Shown here in pieces: positions 19,155 to 28,351 of a stretch of DNA of 51,200 bases; within the stretch, counting starts at the first letter, position 1; the number at the start of each line of letters is the position of its first letter. Below the pieces are notes generated by a model, which was not told the DNA's origin, ran no database searches, and saw only the letters and a list, made by a program, of their open reading frames with translations. A program made the translations under genes and the position numbers. Source of the DNA: a virus (taxonomy: Duplodnaviria; Caudoviricetes); IMG/VR virus record IMGVR_UViG_3300022187_000041, positions 1 to 51,200 of that record. The stretch is one strand, 5' to 3'.

Positions 19155-19919
19155 CTAACGCACGATGCGCTGCAGTCTCCCACCACTGTCCTCACTTAGG
19201 TTAGACAAACTAATCATAGCACTACGGCGTACACCACCTACTACAACGATCTGACCAATGAAGCACATCAAGTCGTGACACTCAATGCTAGATAGCCTAC
19301 GTCCTTGTGCGTTCTTGAATGTTGCAATAGCAAAGTTAAACAGTTCAACTAAAGGCGCTGGGCCACTAGCTCTACCGCCAAACGTTTTAAGTCTAGACCC
19401 TGCAGGACGTACCAAACCTATGTCCCACTGAGGGATTTCACCAGCCCAGAGGAGTGCCAACAATTGTCTGAAAGCTTTAGCCCAACCTTCCTTACTGTCT
19501 TTGACAACGATTGTAGTTTCACTGTCGAACAACTCAGGGACTTCAGGGAGTTTACTAACAAACTGACGCTCAACACTGAAGCCAACACCAGTACCGCACA
19601 AGAGGATAAACATAGCCTCGTCGAAGGACTTAGGGTCATCTACGGGTAGGTAACTACAGTTATACCCTGCAGTATTATCACGAGCTAGAGCAGGGCCAGC
19701 AGTCATCATAGCTCGCATAGATGGCATAACATCTAAGCTTAGAATAGCGTCACGCATCTGATCTACGTAGCTATCATGCCCTGCCTTAGGGCGTACAACG
19801 TTATTCATGTAGCGCTCTACTGTTTCACTCCAAGACTCACGCCCTTTGTTATCAAAGTATTTAGCGTACCTAGACTTGTGAATGAATGACTGATAGTCAG
19901 TCGGTAAGTAATTATCCAT
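19155..19919 (-). CDS. nrdJ: Class II ribonucleotide reductase, N-terminal fragment (ends at a frameshift)
   Basis: SRYA, PSMRAMMTAG, YNCS, GTGVGFS, VGGVRRSAMISL; out-of-frame tail after SNLS. Confidence 0.9.
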   Translation of the reverse strand: MDNYLPTDYQSFIHKSRYAKYFDNKGRESWSETVERYMNNVVRPKAGHDSYVDQMRDAILSLDVMPSMRAMMTAGPALARDNTAGYNCSYLPVDDPKSFDEAMFILLCGTGVGFSVERQFVSKLPEVPELFDSETTIVVKDSKEGWAKAFRQLLALLWAGEIPQWDIGLVRPAGSRLKTFGGRASGPAPLVELFNFAIATFKNAQGRRLSSIECHDLMCFIGQIVVVGGVRRSAMISLSNLSEDSGGRLQRIVR

Positions 19920-20281
19920 TATCGTTTATCCCCATTACCTTTTATAGTTCCTCTTTCTTGTCGATCTTTTAACTTCTTTAAATTATTCCTAGCTATGTCT
20001 GAAAGGTCTACATTTAAGTCACGGCACAGTGCTGCTATGTACCACAGGCAGTCACCTATCTCGTCCGAAATACCTTCACGATCAAAGCTACCATCCCGTA
20101 AGATCTTCTTTACTTTGTTAGCTACCTCACCTGCCTCTGCTGCTAAGCCCAGCGCAGGGTAGATAACTTGATGTTCTACTTTGTAGATAGCAGTGGATGC
20201 TGCCATTTCTTGATACTCGTTTAGCAAGTAATCAACATCGTTAAACCTTTTGAAAGCATCAATATCTTCTTGACTGATCAT
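19919..20281 (-). CDS. mazG: MazG-like nucleotide pyrophosphohydrolase
   Basis: YPALGLAAEAGEVANKVKK...DEIGDCLWY...NLKKL.DR..RG. Confidence 0.9.
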   Translation of the reverse strand: MISQEDIDAFKRFNDVDYLLNEYQEMAASTAIYKVEHQVIYPALGLAAEAGEVANKVKKILRDGSFDREGISDEIGDCLWYIAALCRDLNVDLSDIARNNLKKLKDRQERGTIKGNGDKR

Positions 20282-20282
20282 A

Positions 20283-20453
20283 CTACCATCTCTCCTTTAC
20301 ATTTAATTTATCTATCTCTACATCATCTATGTCGTGGAACGTATTGTGTATTAGATCATATAAGTCTTCTGTATGTGCATCCTCTACAAGCGATAAGATA
20401 TTACCATCTTCTTCTACTTCAAGAGTGAAGGTAACACTAAACTTCTTTCTCAT
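20283..20453 (-). CDS. Small acidic hypothetical protein (56 aa), not in ORF track
   Basis: MRKKFSVTFTLEVEEDGNIL...; ATGA overlap with the upstream gene. Confidence 0.7.
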   Translation of the reverse strand: MRKKFSVTFTLEVEEDGNILSLVEDAHTEDLYDLIHNTFHDIDDVEIDKLNVKERW

Positions 20454-20677
20454 TTATGTCTCTCCTTGTAGTTATCAATGAGCCAACCTAGATACACCTT
20501 CGCTTTCTCTAAGTCTTCTAAACCATTCTTATACTCGTGACGCCACATATACTTCAATACATTACCTGCCATGTATGCACTTGTGCCATGCATTGAGCTT
20601 GTCATAGCACGTATAGCTTCAATACATTCTATCCCTGCCTGATTGTAGTGGATAGGTTTCGTTACTGGATCTGTCAT
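20450..20677 (-). CDS. DUF3310 family protein (T7 gp1.7-like nucleotide kinase domain)
   Basis: DPV.KP.HY....IECIEAI...GNVLKY.WR..YKNGLEDL.KA..YL. Confidence 0.9.
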   Translation of the reverse strand: MTDPVTKPIHYNQAGIECIEAIRAMTSSMHGTSAYMAGNVLKYMWRHEYKNGLEDLEKAKVYLGWLIDNYKERHK

Positions 20678-20678
20678 G

Positions 20679-21023
20679 TTAAGCATTCCCTAAAGTCTTA
20701 GTAAACCTAGTAAGTTTCACAACCTTACCGTCTGTCCCTTCTACCTCTTCATACATCTCTTTTACGTCATTGTCAAGACCCATTACTTCATTTCTGTAAT
20801 CTTCTACCTCACGATATAAGTCTTCATCATCCTGTGCCATCTGTAAGAAAGCACCCATGAGTGTAGCTAAGTGAATGAGGTAGGCTAGATCCTCTACGCA
20901 CATCTTATTGTTTTCACCTACGATTAAACCTGTAGCTAACTCTCCTGTCCAATCCCCTTTTTTGTCAAACTCTACAGGTGATAGTATCAGTGCAACTTCA
21001 TCTTCTTCTATTGTGCGTGTCAT
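20679..21023 (-). CDS. Hypothetical protein
   Basis: ORF track; overlaps neighbours. Confidence 0.75.
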   Translation of the reverse strand: MTRTIEEDEVALILSPVEFDKKGDWTGELATGLIVGENNKMCVEDLAYLIHLATLMGAFLQMAQDDEDLYREVEDYRNEVMGLDNDVKEMYEEVEGTDGKVVKLTRFTKTLGNA

Positions 21024-21475
21024 TTCTTTATCTTCTCCTTTAGGGTTATCGTCTTAGCTTTAATAACTCTACCCTTTTCTTTGAGCCATTCTTCGGGTAT
21101 CACACGGTGCGCCCATATGAAACCATTCTTGTCACACCAATTGCAGTACCTAGTCTTTGATCCCTTGTAAAGCTTAGCCATAGAGTTACTAAACACAAAC
21201 CTTATGTCTAGCTCAGGGTGTTGCTTACGTACCTCTAAGTGCTTACGTCTGTCCTCACTATCAAAGATACCCTTAGTCTCAATGATGATACCATTGTCTA
21301 GCATAAAGTCAGGCGTATAAGTTCTATATCTCAAGTCTTCCCATTCAATCTTTAGAACCTCGTACCTGACTTTACTTTGCTTATCCTTTAGATACTCAGC
21401 TACTTCTCTTTCAAGACCGCTGCGGTATCGTCTAGAATTATGTCTTCTCTGTTTCTTCACTGGCAATTGATACAT
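21020..21475 (-). CDS. Endonuclease I (T7 gp3-like Holliday junction resolvase)
   Basis: YRSGLE, YTPDF.L.NGIIIETKG.F...DRRKH, P.LDIRFVF. Confidence 0.92.
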   Translation of the reverse strand: MYQLPVKKQRRHNSRRYRSGLEREVAEYLKDKQSKVRYEVLKIEWEDLRYRTYTPDFMLDNGIIIETKGIFDSEDRRKHLEVRKQHPELDIRFVFSNSMAKLYKGSKTRYCNWCDKNGFIWAHRVIPEEWLKEKGRVIKAKTITLKEKIKK

Positions 21476-22313
21476 ACTCTACTGTTGGGGGTGTCTTACC
21501 ACCTTTGTAAACTTTAGAAGGCAGAGCCTGTAAGTCAGGCCAGCATTTGTTCTTGTAGTCACACCATCCACACGTCTTGCATAGCTTCATGTTACCACTA
21601 GCCTTGCCTCTGTATGTCTCAGGCACAGCCTCAAAGCAGCGCTCAAAGGGTTTGTCTTTGTCTATGTAGTCATAGGTTTCCTCTATCTTTTCTAGTACGT
21701 GATCTGTATCAGCCTCACTAGCGGAGACATACTTAAAGTCACCGTTAACTTTGTTAATTACCCACCAGCCACCGACTCCTTTGTCTGCTGCCTTAGCGTA
21801 ACCTACAAGCTGTGACACATAACCAAACGTGTCATCACTGTTGAGGGTATGGAAGTCATTAAACTTATTCTCGTATGACCAAGGAGAGGCAGACTTAATA
21901 TCATCTACCTTACCGTCAAGCACCATGTCGTACTCTCCGCTAATCTCCTTACCGTTACCTAAGTCTAGTGTAACCCTGTCGTTACCTTGGAAGTGTACCT
22001 TAGCACCACGAAGGATACCCTTGAACACAGCCTCTACTATATCGCCTATCAACATGTTAATCTTGAAAGACACAGGCTTAGCTTCCGCTACATCAGGGTG
22101 GTTCTTCTGCATCCACAACTGACAGGTAGGACGCCCAATGTTGGACATCCTTAGTTTAAACTCACGTTTCTTTGCGTCATCCTGGAACTGTTTAGTAAGA
22201 GCTTCCTGCACATCAGCAGCTACCTCTGCGATAACTGGTGCTGGCATAGAAGCCTTACCGTCTAGGACATCACGAAGAAAAGAGTGTACTGCTATCTCCG
22301 CTACATGCTGCAT
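21438..22313 (-). CDS. PD-(D/E)XK exonuclease (Cas4-like fold)
   Basis: LRMSNIGRP.CQLW, GEYD...DDIKS, QL.GY, C..C.YK..CW. Confidence 0.8.
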   Translation of the reverse strand: MQHVAEIAVHSFLRDVLDGKASMPAPVIAEVAADVQEALTKQFQDDAKKREFKLRMSNIGRPTCQLWMQKNHPDVAEAKPVSFKINMLIGDIVEAVFKGILRGAKVHFQGNDRVTLDLGNGKEISGEYDMVLDGKVDDIKSASPWSYENKFNDFHTLNSDDTFGYVSQLVGYAKAADKGVGGWWVINKVNGDFKYVSASEADTDHVLEKIEETYDYIDKDKPFERCFEAVPETYRGKASGNMKLCKTCGWCDYKNKCWPDLQALPSKVYKGGKTPPTVEYVSIASEETEKT

Positions 22314-23152
22314 TACTCAAAGTCCTGCACGTCTACGATGTTAGCTACGATTGCACTATCCTCATCAGAGATACGCTCTACGTTCTGCTCTTCCCACTTC
22401 TTGAGGATATACTCATTGCTACGCTGTACGTAGTCCATGAAGTTCTGCAGTACATCGTTATCCCCATCAGAGAAACCTACAGTAGCACCCAAGGAAGCTG
22501 ACACTACAGCAAACTTAGTACCGTTAGGCATAGTGCGTTCTTCTGGTGTTAGAGTGATAAGGTTTTCTACTGGTGAGATACGCTTGCTCATAAGCTTGGT
22601 AATGGTAGCATCAATAGACTGTAAGCTCTCACGGTTCTTAACATCATACACAAAAGGTACTTCTCCGTTGTGCTCTAGCACAGGATCACCACCCTCAACG
22701 AAGGCATCCTTGAACACAGCCATACCCATGAGCACCTTGTAACGATTAACACTACGAATAAAGTCTTGCTGATCTTTAGGTAGTGCAGCAAAGTCTTTGA
22801 TGTAACCTGACGGACGCCCTAAGTTAAACGTACCTTGAGTATCTTTCAAGTCCATGTTCAGGTTGTTAGCCATCACAGATCGTTGGAACATATTGATAGA
22901 GCTATCCCATTTCTGCCAACGCTGACGCTCAACAAAGAAGCGAACATCCAAGCTACGTGCAAGGAACTGTTCGTCGCCTTTCTTAATCTTAAACACAGGA
23001 GAGTTAGCAACCTTACCTTCAACTACTTCTTGAATAACTCCAGTAGTTACACGATAAAGATCTACTGAATTAGATGTGTTAGTACTAGCTGAGAACCCCA
23101 TTGCATCTGCGAGGTTCATGTTTTCTACACTGAGTGGAACTATATTGTTCAT
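22313..23152 (-). CDS. Putative single-stranded DNA-binding protein
   Basis: Position between polymerase and exonuclease; acidic C-terminus; own promoter. Confidence 0.55.
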   Translation of the reverse strand: MNNIVPLSVENMNLADAMGFSASTNTSNSVDLYRVTTGVIQEVVEGKVANSPVFKIKKGDEQFLARSLDVRFFVERQRWQKWDSSINMFQRSVMANNLNMDLKDTQGTFNLGRPSGYIKDFAALPKDQQDFIRSVNRYKVLMGMAVFKDAFVEGGDPVLEHNGEVPFVYDVKNRESLQSIDATITKLMSKRISPVENLITLTPEERTMPNGTKFAVVSASLGATVGFSDGDNDVLQNFMDYVQRSNEYILKKWEEQNVERISDEDSAIVANIVDVQDFE

Positions 23153-23185
23153 GTATTATCCTTTTCAATTTTAGTTAGAAGCCAT

Positions 23186-23214
23186 GTTATACCACTAAAC
23201 GTCCTTTGTGTCAA
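23186..23214 (-). promoter_or_regulatory. Sigma70-type promoter for the SSB gene, overlapping the end of pol
   Basis: TTGACA (23214-23209), 17 bp, TATAAC with TGn extension. Confidence 0.75.
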
Positions 23215-25240
23215 GCCAATTCGGACCTATCTTAGCTTCTAATAGTAGTGGCACATTCATCTTTACGTTGTAGGCTTGCTCAATTAGTGAATCCAAACAT
23301 TCATTTATGTCTGTAATTATTTGTAATACTTGATCTTTCTCATTAGGATGTACGTCTATAACCATTGAGTCATGTACACTATTCACTATGCATGACTGAA
23401 AACTATTTAGTCTAGCGTCCATCTCGTTGAGTACGACAGGTACTACATCACCCGTAGCAAAGCCCTGCACAGGGTAGTTCTTGATCATCGTGAAGTGTGA
23501 CGGTGTACCGTTAGGCCTACGTGTAACCTCAGGGAAAGCATACTGTCTGCCACTGACGTTGGTGATCTTGTTGAACCTGATGGCCTCATCACCTAGCTTC
23601 TTGTGCCACTCTGCTATACCTTTGTACTTCTTATTGAAGTGCTCGTAGTATGCAGCCTCTGCCTTACTTCTACCATATCCAGTAGCACCGAAGAGTGGAG
23701 CAAAGGTGTGAGCCTTAGCGTCCTGCCTACCTGTTGGTTGACCTGCATCACTGATAACCTTAGCAGTGTATGCGTGTACGTCAAACCCTGTGTTGATCTC
23801 TTCAATAGCCACCTTGTCCTGTGACAGGAACGCTGCGACACGGAACTCAAGCTGTGCAAAGTCAGCCTCAATTATGGAGCCTTCGGGAAACCTAGACACG
23901 AACACTCGTTTAATAGGGAAGGTGCCGCCTCTTGGCATGTTTTGCATGTTGGGATTCCGTCCAGAAAATCTACCTGTATTGGTGATATGCTGGGTAAGGG
24001 TAACATGGAGTAGTCCGTCTTGTTTAGTGTGGGTGGAAATACCATCGACAAAGCTAGACAGATAACTACTAATAGCAGAAAGCCTTTTAACATCTTCAAG
24101 GAAGTCCTTTGCTGATTCCATGTTGTGATTGTTAGCTGTTGCAATAAGCGCATCTAGTTTATCCTTTCCTGTAGCGAAGCCGTTGTAGCTAATCCATTTA
24201 CGTGCGGGTGGTGGGTTGAACCCTAAGCCAGCCATCTCTTTAGTCTCTTTAAGTCTGTAGCCTTTACCGCCACAGTCAGGACAGGCATTACCTTTCTTAA
24301 AAGGTGTACCGTCTTTCTTAGTCTTAAATGTTTTACCTGTACCATTACATGTACCACAGTGTAGCGCAACTGTCTTACGCATCAAGTCACTGTTAGCTTC
24401 TATGATACTCTTGTAGTCTGCTGCATTGTCAGCGTACTCAAACAAGTCAGACCATTCTTTTTTGTTGTGTATCCTGCGACTGAAGATAACCTGAGATAGT
24501 TGCTCTGGACTGTTCAAGTTTATAGGGGTAGCCCCCATTAACGCTCGCACTTTTGTAGACAGTCTCTGCTCAATATCGGATTTCTCTGCTTGGAACTCAG
24601 TCCTGACGTGTTGGAGGGCGGCTCTATCCACCCTGATTCCTGACATGTACATTCGTGCCAAAGTGCGGCAGGTGTTGAAGGTAATACCTTTGATACGGTT
24701 GAGGGAATCTGAGGTAGGCTCTGCGTAGTCTCTTTCGGCTGCTTCGTACAGTTCACCAGTAGTACGCAAGTCACACTCAAGGTAGTGACTAAGTTTATCC
24801 AACGGGATTTCATTTGTATTGTATCCTTTCTTGTAGTACTCTTTGAGTGTGTCATCCTTCTGATGATCTAGGTTCCTACGGATAGCGCACTGCTCTAGGC
24901 TTAGCGGTTGCTTCTGCCCACGCTGTAAGATATACTCAGCGAGCATGGTGTCATAGATGTCACCGTCATACTTGAAACCTGTAGCCCACAGCCATGACAA
25001 GTCATACTGTAAGTTGTGACCTATAAGTAGGGTTGTAGAGTCTAACCATCTCTGTAGTTTGCATTTGTTTTTCGTAGTGTCGTTACGCTCTGAGTGATCA
25101 AAGCAAAGCAGATCCTTATCGCCTGTTTCTAAGCACAACACGCCTACCTCTGTAAGAGTATTGGCAGGTTCAAACGGATCGTTAAAGATCTTACCGTTAC
25201 GTAATGTTATACTATTCTCTACGTCTAATACTCGTTTCAT
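23195..25240 (-). CDS. polA: DNA polymerase family A with 3'-5' exonuclease and DnaJ-like zinc-finger insert
   Basis: LDVE, GHNLQYD, DTML, TGRFSG.NPN.QN.P, ADFAQLEFR, KAHTFAPLFG, NYPVQG, VHDS; CGTCNGTG and CPDCGGKG. Confidence 0.95.
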   Translation of the reverse strand: MKRVLDVENSITLRNGKIFNDPFEPANTLTEVGVLCLETGDKDLLCFDHSERNDTTKNKCKLQRWLDSTTLLIGHNLQYDLSWLWATGFKYDGDIYDTMLAEYILQRGQKQPLSLEQCAIRRNLDHQKDDTLKEYYKKGYNTNEIPLDKLSHYLECDLRTTGELYEAAERDYAEPTSDSLNRIKGITFNTCRTLARMYMSGIRVDRAALQHVRTEFQAEKSDIEQRLSTKVRALMGATPINLNSPEQLSQVIFSRRIHNKKEWSDLFEYADNAADYKSIIEANSDLMRKTVALHCGTCNGTGKTFKTKKDGTPFKKGNACPDCGGKGYRLKETKEMAGLGFNPPPARKWISYNGFATGKDKLDALIATANNHNMESAKDFLEDVKRLSAISSYLSSFVDGISTHTKQDGLLHVTLTQHITNTGRFSGRNPNMQNMPRGGTFPIKRVFVSRFPEGSIIEADFAQLEFRVAAFLSQDKVAIEEINTGFDVHAYTAKVISDAGQPTGRQDAKAHTFAPLFGATGYGRSKAEAAYYEHFNKKYKGIAEWHKKLGDEAIRFNKITNVSGRQYAFPEVTRRPNGTPSHFTMIKNYPVQGFATGDVVPVVLNEMDARLNSFQSCIVNSVHDSMVIDVHPNEKDQVLQIITDINECLDSLIEQAYNVKMNVPLLLEAKIGPNWLDTKDV

Positions 25241-26499
25241 TAAGCCATGTACCTCGCTCTTGCTCCATCCAACTCACAGTGTACAACACCATGCCATCCA
25301 CCACGTAGCTTGTTCTTAGCTATGTTCAAGTGGCGCTGGGTTTGATTGTTTGTACTTACATCATTAGGATCTATAGTAGCTGTGTGTATCTTACCTTCGT
25401 TTAACTCAGGGTTCTTAGAGATCAACACCATCAGGTCTGCCTCTGCAGCCTTACCTGTTTTACTACCTTCTAACATTGATTGATCCACGTACACCTTACC
25501 TTCCGCTACTGCTGATAGCTGTGACATCCATATGATTGCACAGTCATACTGCTTAGAAATGTTCCTAGCATGTATCGCTGCCTCTTTCAAGTACACATCT
25601 GACTTATCTGTATTACGTGTTGCAAATTTATCACCCATGTCTAGCACCAAGATGTCAGGCTTGTATGCCTTGACGATAGCTTCAACCCAAGACATGTCCT
25701 TACCTGTGCTGTCATAGATCTTGATGTTGTCATGCACTGGTTTGTATCGTGTGTTAGCTAGGGCGTAGTTACCCTTGACTTCTTCCATTGACATGTCCGT
25801 AGCTGCACTGAGATACCTAGCACCTACACGAGAGTAGTGCTCCTCGTTACACAGGATGATACACTTGGCACCCTGCCTGGCGAACCCACCCTCAGAGGCG
25901 ATAAGAGAGGCGTGGAAGCTGGTCTTACCTGTGTTAGGCCTTGCACCTACAATCACTAAGTGACCACCGCTGATACCCTCTACACGGTTGCGTAGGGATG
26001 GGATGTTGAATTGCCACTTAGACTGAATGTCATTGGCCTCTAGTAAACTATCAATAGAGATGTCACCCCAATCAACCTTGAGGTTAGGCATAAAGTCATC
26101 TTGATAGTCGGACAGTAGCTTACGCATAGGCTCTAAGGTATTCTCTGATCCATTGACATACTGGAAGCCTAGCTTAGCTATCTCTTCTCCTACTAGCTGC
26201 TGGAATAACTTAGCTAATACTTCTTGTGCAATGTCCTTTGATAGAGACTGCTCATGTCCTATCTTCTTGAATAGATCCTTGTACATATCTTTGTTGGATG
26301 TAGTAAGAACGTTACGTGTAAAGAACAGCGCTTCAAGTTCAGCAGGTGTAATGGTCTTATCGTACTGCTGCATAGCGTAGTCTAAGGTGTTCTTGATCTT
26401 ACGAACCTCTTTAGTAAAGAGCTTGTCAGGAGTGCGGATACCTTTATGGTTCTCATAAAAGTCCTTGTCCATCAAAGTTCTAATCAGTGCTAATTCCAT
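25240..26499 (-). CDS. DnaB-like (SF4) replicative helicase
   Basis: GARPNTGKTS Walker A, ILVLD, SQLS, IAKNKL.G. Confidence 0.92.
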   Translation of the reverse strand: MELALIRTLMDKDFYENHKGIRTPDKLFTKEVRKIKNTLDYAMQQYDKTITPAELEALFFTRNVLTTSNKDMYKDLFKKIGHEQSLSKDIAQEVLAKLFQQLVGEEIAKLGFQYVNGSENTLEPMRKLLSDYQDDFMPNLKVDWGDISIDSLLEANDIQSKWQFNIPSLRNRVEGISGGHLVIVGARPNTGKTSFHASLIASEGGFARQGAKCIILCNEEHYSRVGARYLSAATDMSMEEVKGNYALANTRYKPVHDNIKIYDSTGKDMSWVEAIVKAYKPDILVLDMGDKFATRNTDKSDVYLKEAAIHARNISKQYDCAIIWMSQLSAVAEGKVYVDQSMLEGSKTGKAAEADLMVLISKNPELNEGKIHTATIDPNDVSTNNQTQRHLNIAKNKLRGGWHGVVHCELDGARARYMA

Positions 26500-26677
26500 T
26501 AGCTTTGTTCCTCTCTATAGCTCTCTTCCGTTCATCATCATCAAACTCTCGTATGTTATTCTTGAGGTCTGATAACTCTTGGTCTTTCTTTCTTAACTGC
26601 TTTGATAGTAAATCATTTTCTTTCTTTAATTGTTTGATCTCCCATCTCATATCTTCTATTGTTCCAGCCATGCTCAT
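26480..26677 (-). CDS. Hypothetical coiled-coil protein
   Basis: ORF track; RBS GAGGAG. Confidence 0.7.
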   Translation of the reverse strand: MSMAGTIEDMRWEIKQLKKENDLLSKQLRKKDQELSDLKNNIREFDDDERKRAIERNKANGISTD

Positions 26678-26681
26678 AGTA

Positions 26682-26915
26682 CTACTCCTCTTCTAAACAA
26701 AAGCCACACATGTCATTCTGCGCTGGGCCACCACAGCTTACACATTTCTGCCATTTCTTTTTTACTCTGTTTGACTCTGATTCTAAACCAGCTTCTACTA
26801 ATGTTATAAATCCTACGTTAAATACCGCTGCGAATGTCTCAGGGTCACACTCTACTTGTAGTGTAGCACTGCCATCCTCATGCTCTTCTACTTCTGTTAC
26901 TTTTATTTCACTCAT
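26682..26915 (-). CDS. Hypothetical protein with C-terminal CxxC...CxxC
   Basis: EHEDGSAT motif; CVSC...CGFC. Confidence 0.7.
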   Translation of the reverse strand: MSEIKVTEVEEHEDGSATLQVECDPETFAAVFNVGFITLVEAGLESESNRVKKKWQKCVSCGGPAQNDMCGFCLEEE

Positions 26916-27066
26916 CCTTTACTCCTATACATGGTAGCAAGATAGTCTGCTTACAGTAACGTGGGAACTCGTCATATGTCATAGCAATTAATACAGGTAG
27001 ACCTGCTATTATAAATGCGACTATGGCAGACGCCTTGATTGCACCACTAATATTACCTCTCATCAT
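26908..27066 (-). CDS. Small membrane protein
   Basis: One TM helix; ATGA overlap with thyX. Confidence 0.6.
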   Translation of the reverse strand: MMRGNISGAIKASAIVAFIIAGLPVLIAMTYDEFPRYCKQTILLPCIGVKDE

Positions 27067-27722
27067 ACGCTCTCCCTTAATGCTTTCCACGATACGGGGA
27101 ACAGCTTAGACATCTCGTAGTTAATATCCCAAGCTACATACTGAGTCTCTGCTTGTGTGTCACCCTTACAACGTAAGTTACACATGTCAGCAAAGGCATC
27201 TAAGCTACCTGACCAGTACCACTCAGTCATCATACTCTGTGGCAGTACCATACGTGCTTGCTCAGGACATACATTTTCTAACAACAACCTTTGGTAATCT
27301 TTTAAAGCCCTATGATGCAAGTCGCTAATAATACGATCAGCATCCTCATCATACCACTCGCCACTACTACCTTGCTTCTTATCTTCGCTGCGCCCACGCC
27401 AAGATCTAGGCACATAGAACTCAGGCTCCTTGTCTACGTATCGTCTTGATACTTCATTCCAACGTAGAAACTTATGCTTGACTAACTGTCTAGCTACAAA
27501 GACTGGTGCCTTGATGTGGAAACTAGCAAAGCAATGCCCAAAGGGGCTGATGTGTTTGTGCTCTGCAAGATAACGAATAAGCTTAGCGTCCTTGTCTTTC
27601 AACTTAGGTGGCCCCCATACATCACTCGTATCCATCTCACTCTGCTTACCAAAGCTTACACGAGCAGCATTAGCTACTGTCAAGTCAGTACCCATGTGAT
27701 CTATGTATGTTACTTTAATCAA
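27063..27722 (-). CDS. thyX: Flavin-dependent thymidylate synthase
   Basis: NAARVSF, H.SPF, FVARQLVKH, NEVSRRYV, EQARMVLP, AQ/TQ.ET motifs. Confidence 0.95.
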   Translation of the reverse strand: MIKVTYIDHMGTDLTVANAARVSFGKQSEMDTSDVWGPPKLKDKDAKLIRYLAEHKHISPFGHCFASFHIKAPVFVARQLVKHKFLRWNEVSRRYVDKEPEFYVPRSWRGRSEDKKQGSSGEWYDEDADRIISDLHHRALKDYQRLLLENVCPEQARMVLPQSMMTEWYWSGSLDAFADMCNLRCKGDTQAETQYVAWDINYEMSKLFPVSWKALRESV

Positions 27723-28230
27723 GTGTCAACTCCCGTAATACTTCTAGTGCCTGATCTTCTGTTATCTTAAACCATTCACCTTTACGTTCACCTTTACGCT
27801 CAGCTACCTTGTGTGCGTCACGCTCAGCCTTGTTACGATCATCAAAGTAAACTGAATGGATCAACTCATAGTCACGCATAGGTGAGCTTGTTTGATAGCC
27901 ATTGAGTCTATCCTCTGCGTCTACTGCCTTGCCAATCTTAACCCAGTCAGGCCAAGCCTTGTTACGGATAGCGTACACGTAACCCTCAAGGATTTGTTTG
28001 TCTTTCTGTAAGGCACTGAACGCTGCGTCACCAAAAGATTTGTAGTGACCTGGTTTATACAACGGGTGTTTCTTCGGAATGTATTTACCGTTTACAAACA
28101 TACGCTGTGGATTGTTTCTTGGGTTGCTCTTGTTGTTACGATCCTTTTGTATGTCAGAAGTGTTACCTTCTTGATAATACTTTGGCTTACCTGTTCTAGG
28201 ATTTACACTAAGTTCTTTCAGTAAAGTCAT
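27715..28230 (-). CDS. GIY-YIG family (T5orf172/MUG113-like) nuclease
   Basis: GYVYAI...WVKIGKA...RL..YQTSSP...E...H...GEWF. Confidence 0.85.
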   Translation of the reverse strand: MTLLKELSVNPRTGKPKYYQEGNTSDIQKDRNNKSNPRNNPQRMFVNGKYIPKKHPLYKPGHYKSFGDAAFSALQKDKQILEGYVYAIRNKAWPDWVKIGKAVDAEDRLNGYQTSSPMRDYELIHSVYFDDRNKAERDAHKVAERKGERKGEWFKITEDQALEVLRELTLD

Positions 28231-28351
28231 CTCTAACTCCTTTATGTTTCTCTTTACGTAATGGTTTAGGTTTCTTCTTGTCAGGTATAACCTGAGGTTT
28301 ATACTTAGGCTGTCTTAAATCTTTAGCCATAGGGTTTGTCTTGTTCTTCAT
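28208..28351 (-). CDS. Small basic protein (47 aa), ArfA-like pattern, not in ORF track
   Basis: MKNKTNPMAKDLRQPKYKPQVIPDKKKPKPLRKEKHKG...; fills the gap between primase and GIY-YIG gene. Confidence 0.7.
   Translation of the reverse strand: MKNKTNPMAKDLRQPKYKPQVIPDKKKPKPLRKEKHKGVRDDFTERT

Noticed and set aside
21438-22313. Cas4 as part of a CRISPR or anti-CRISPR system
   Set aside because: Stand-alone PD-(D/E)XK nuclease in the usual replication-module position.
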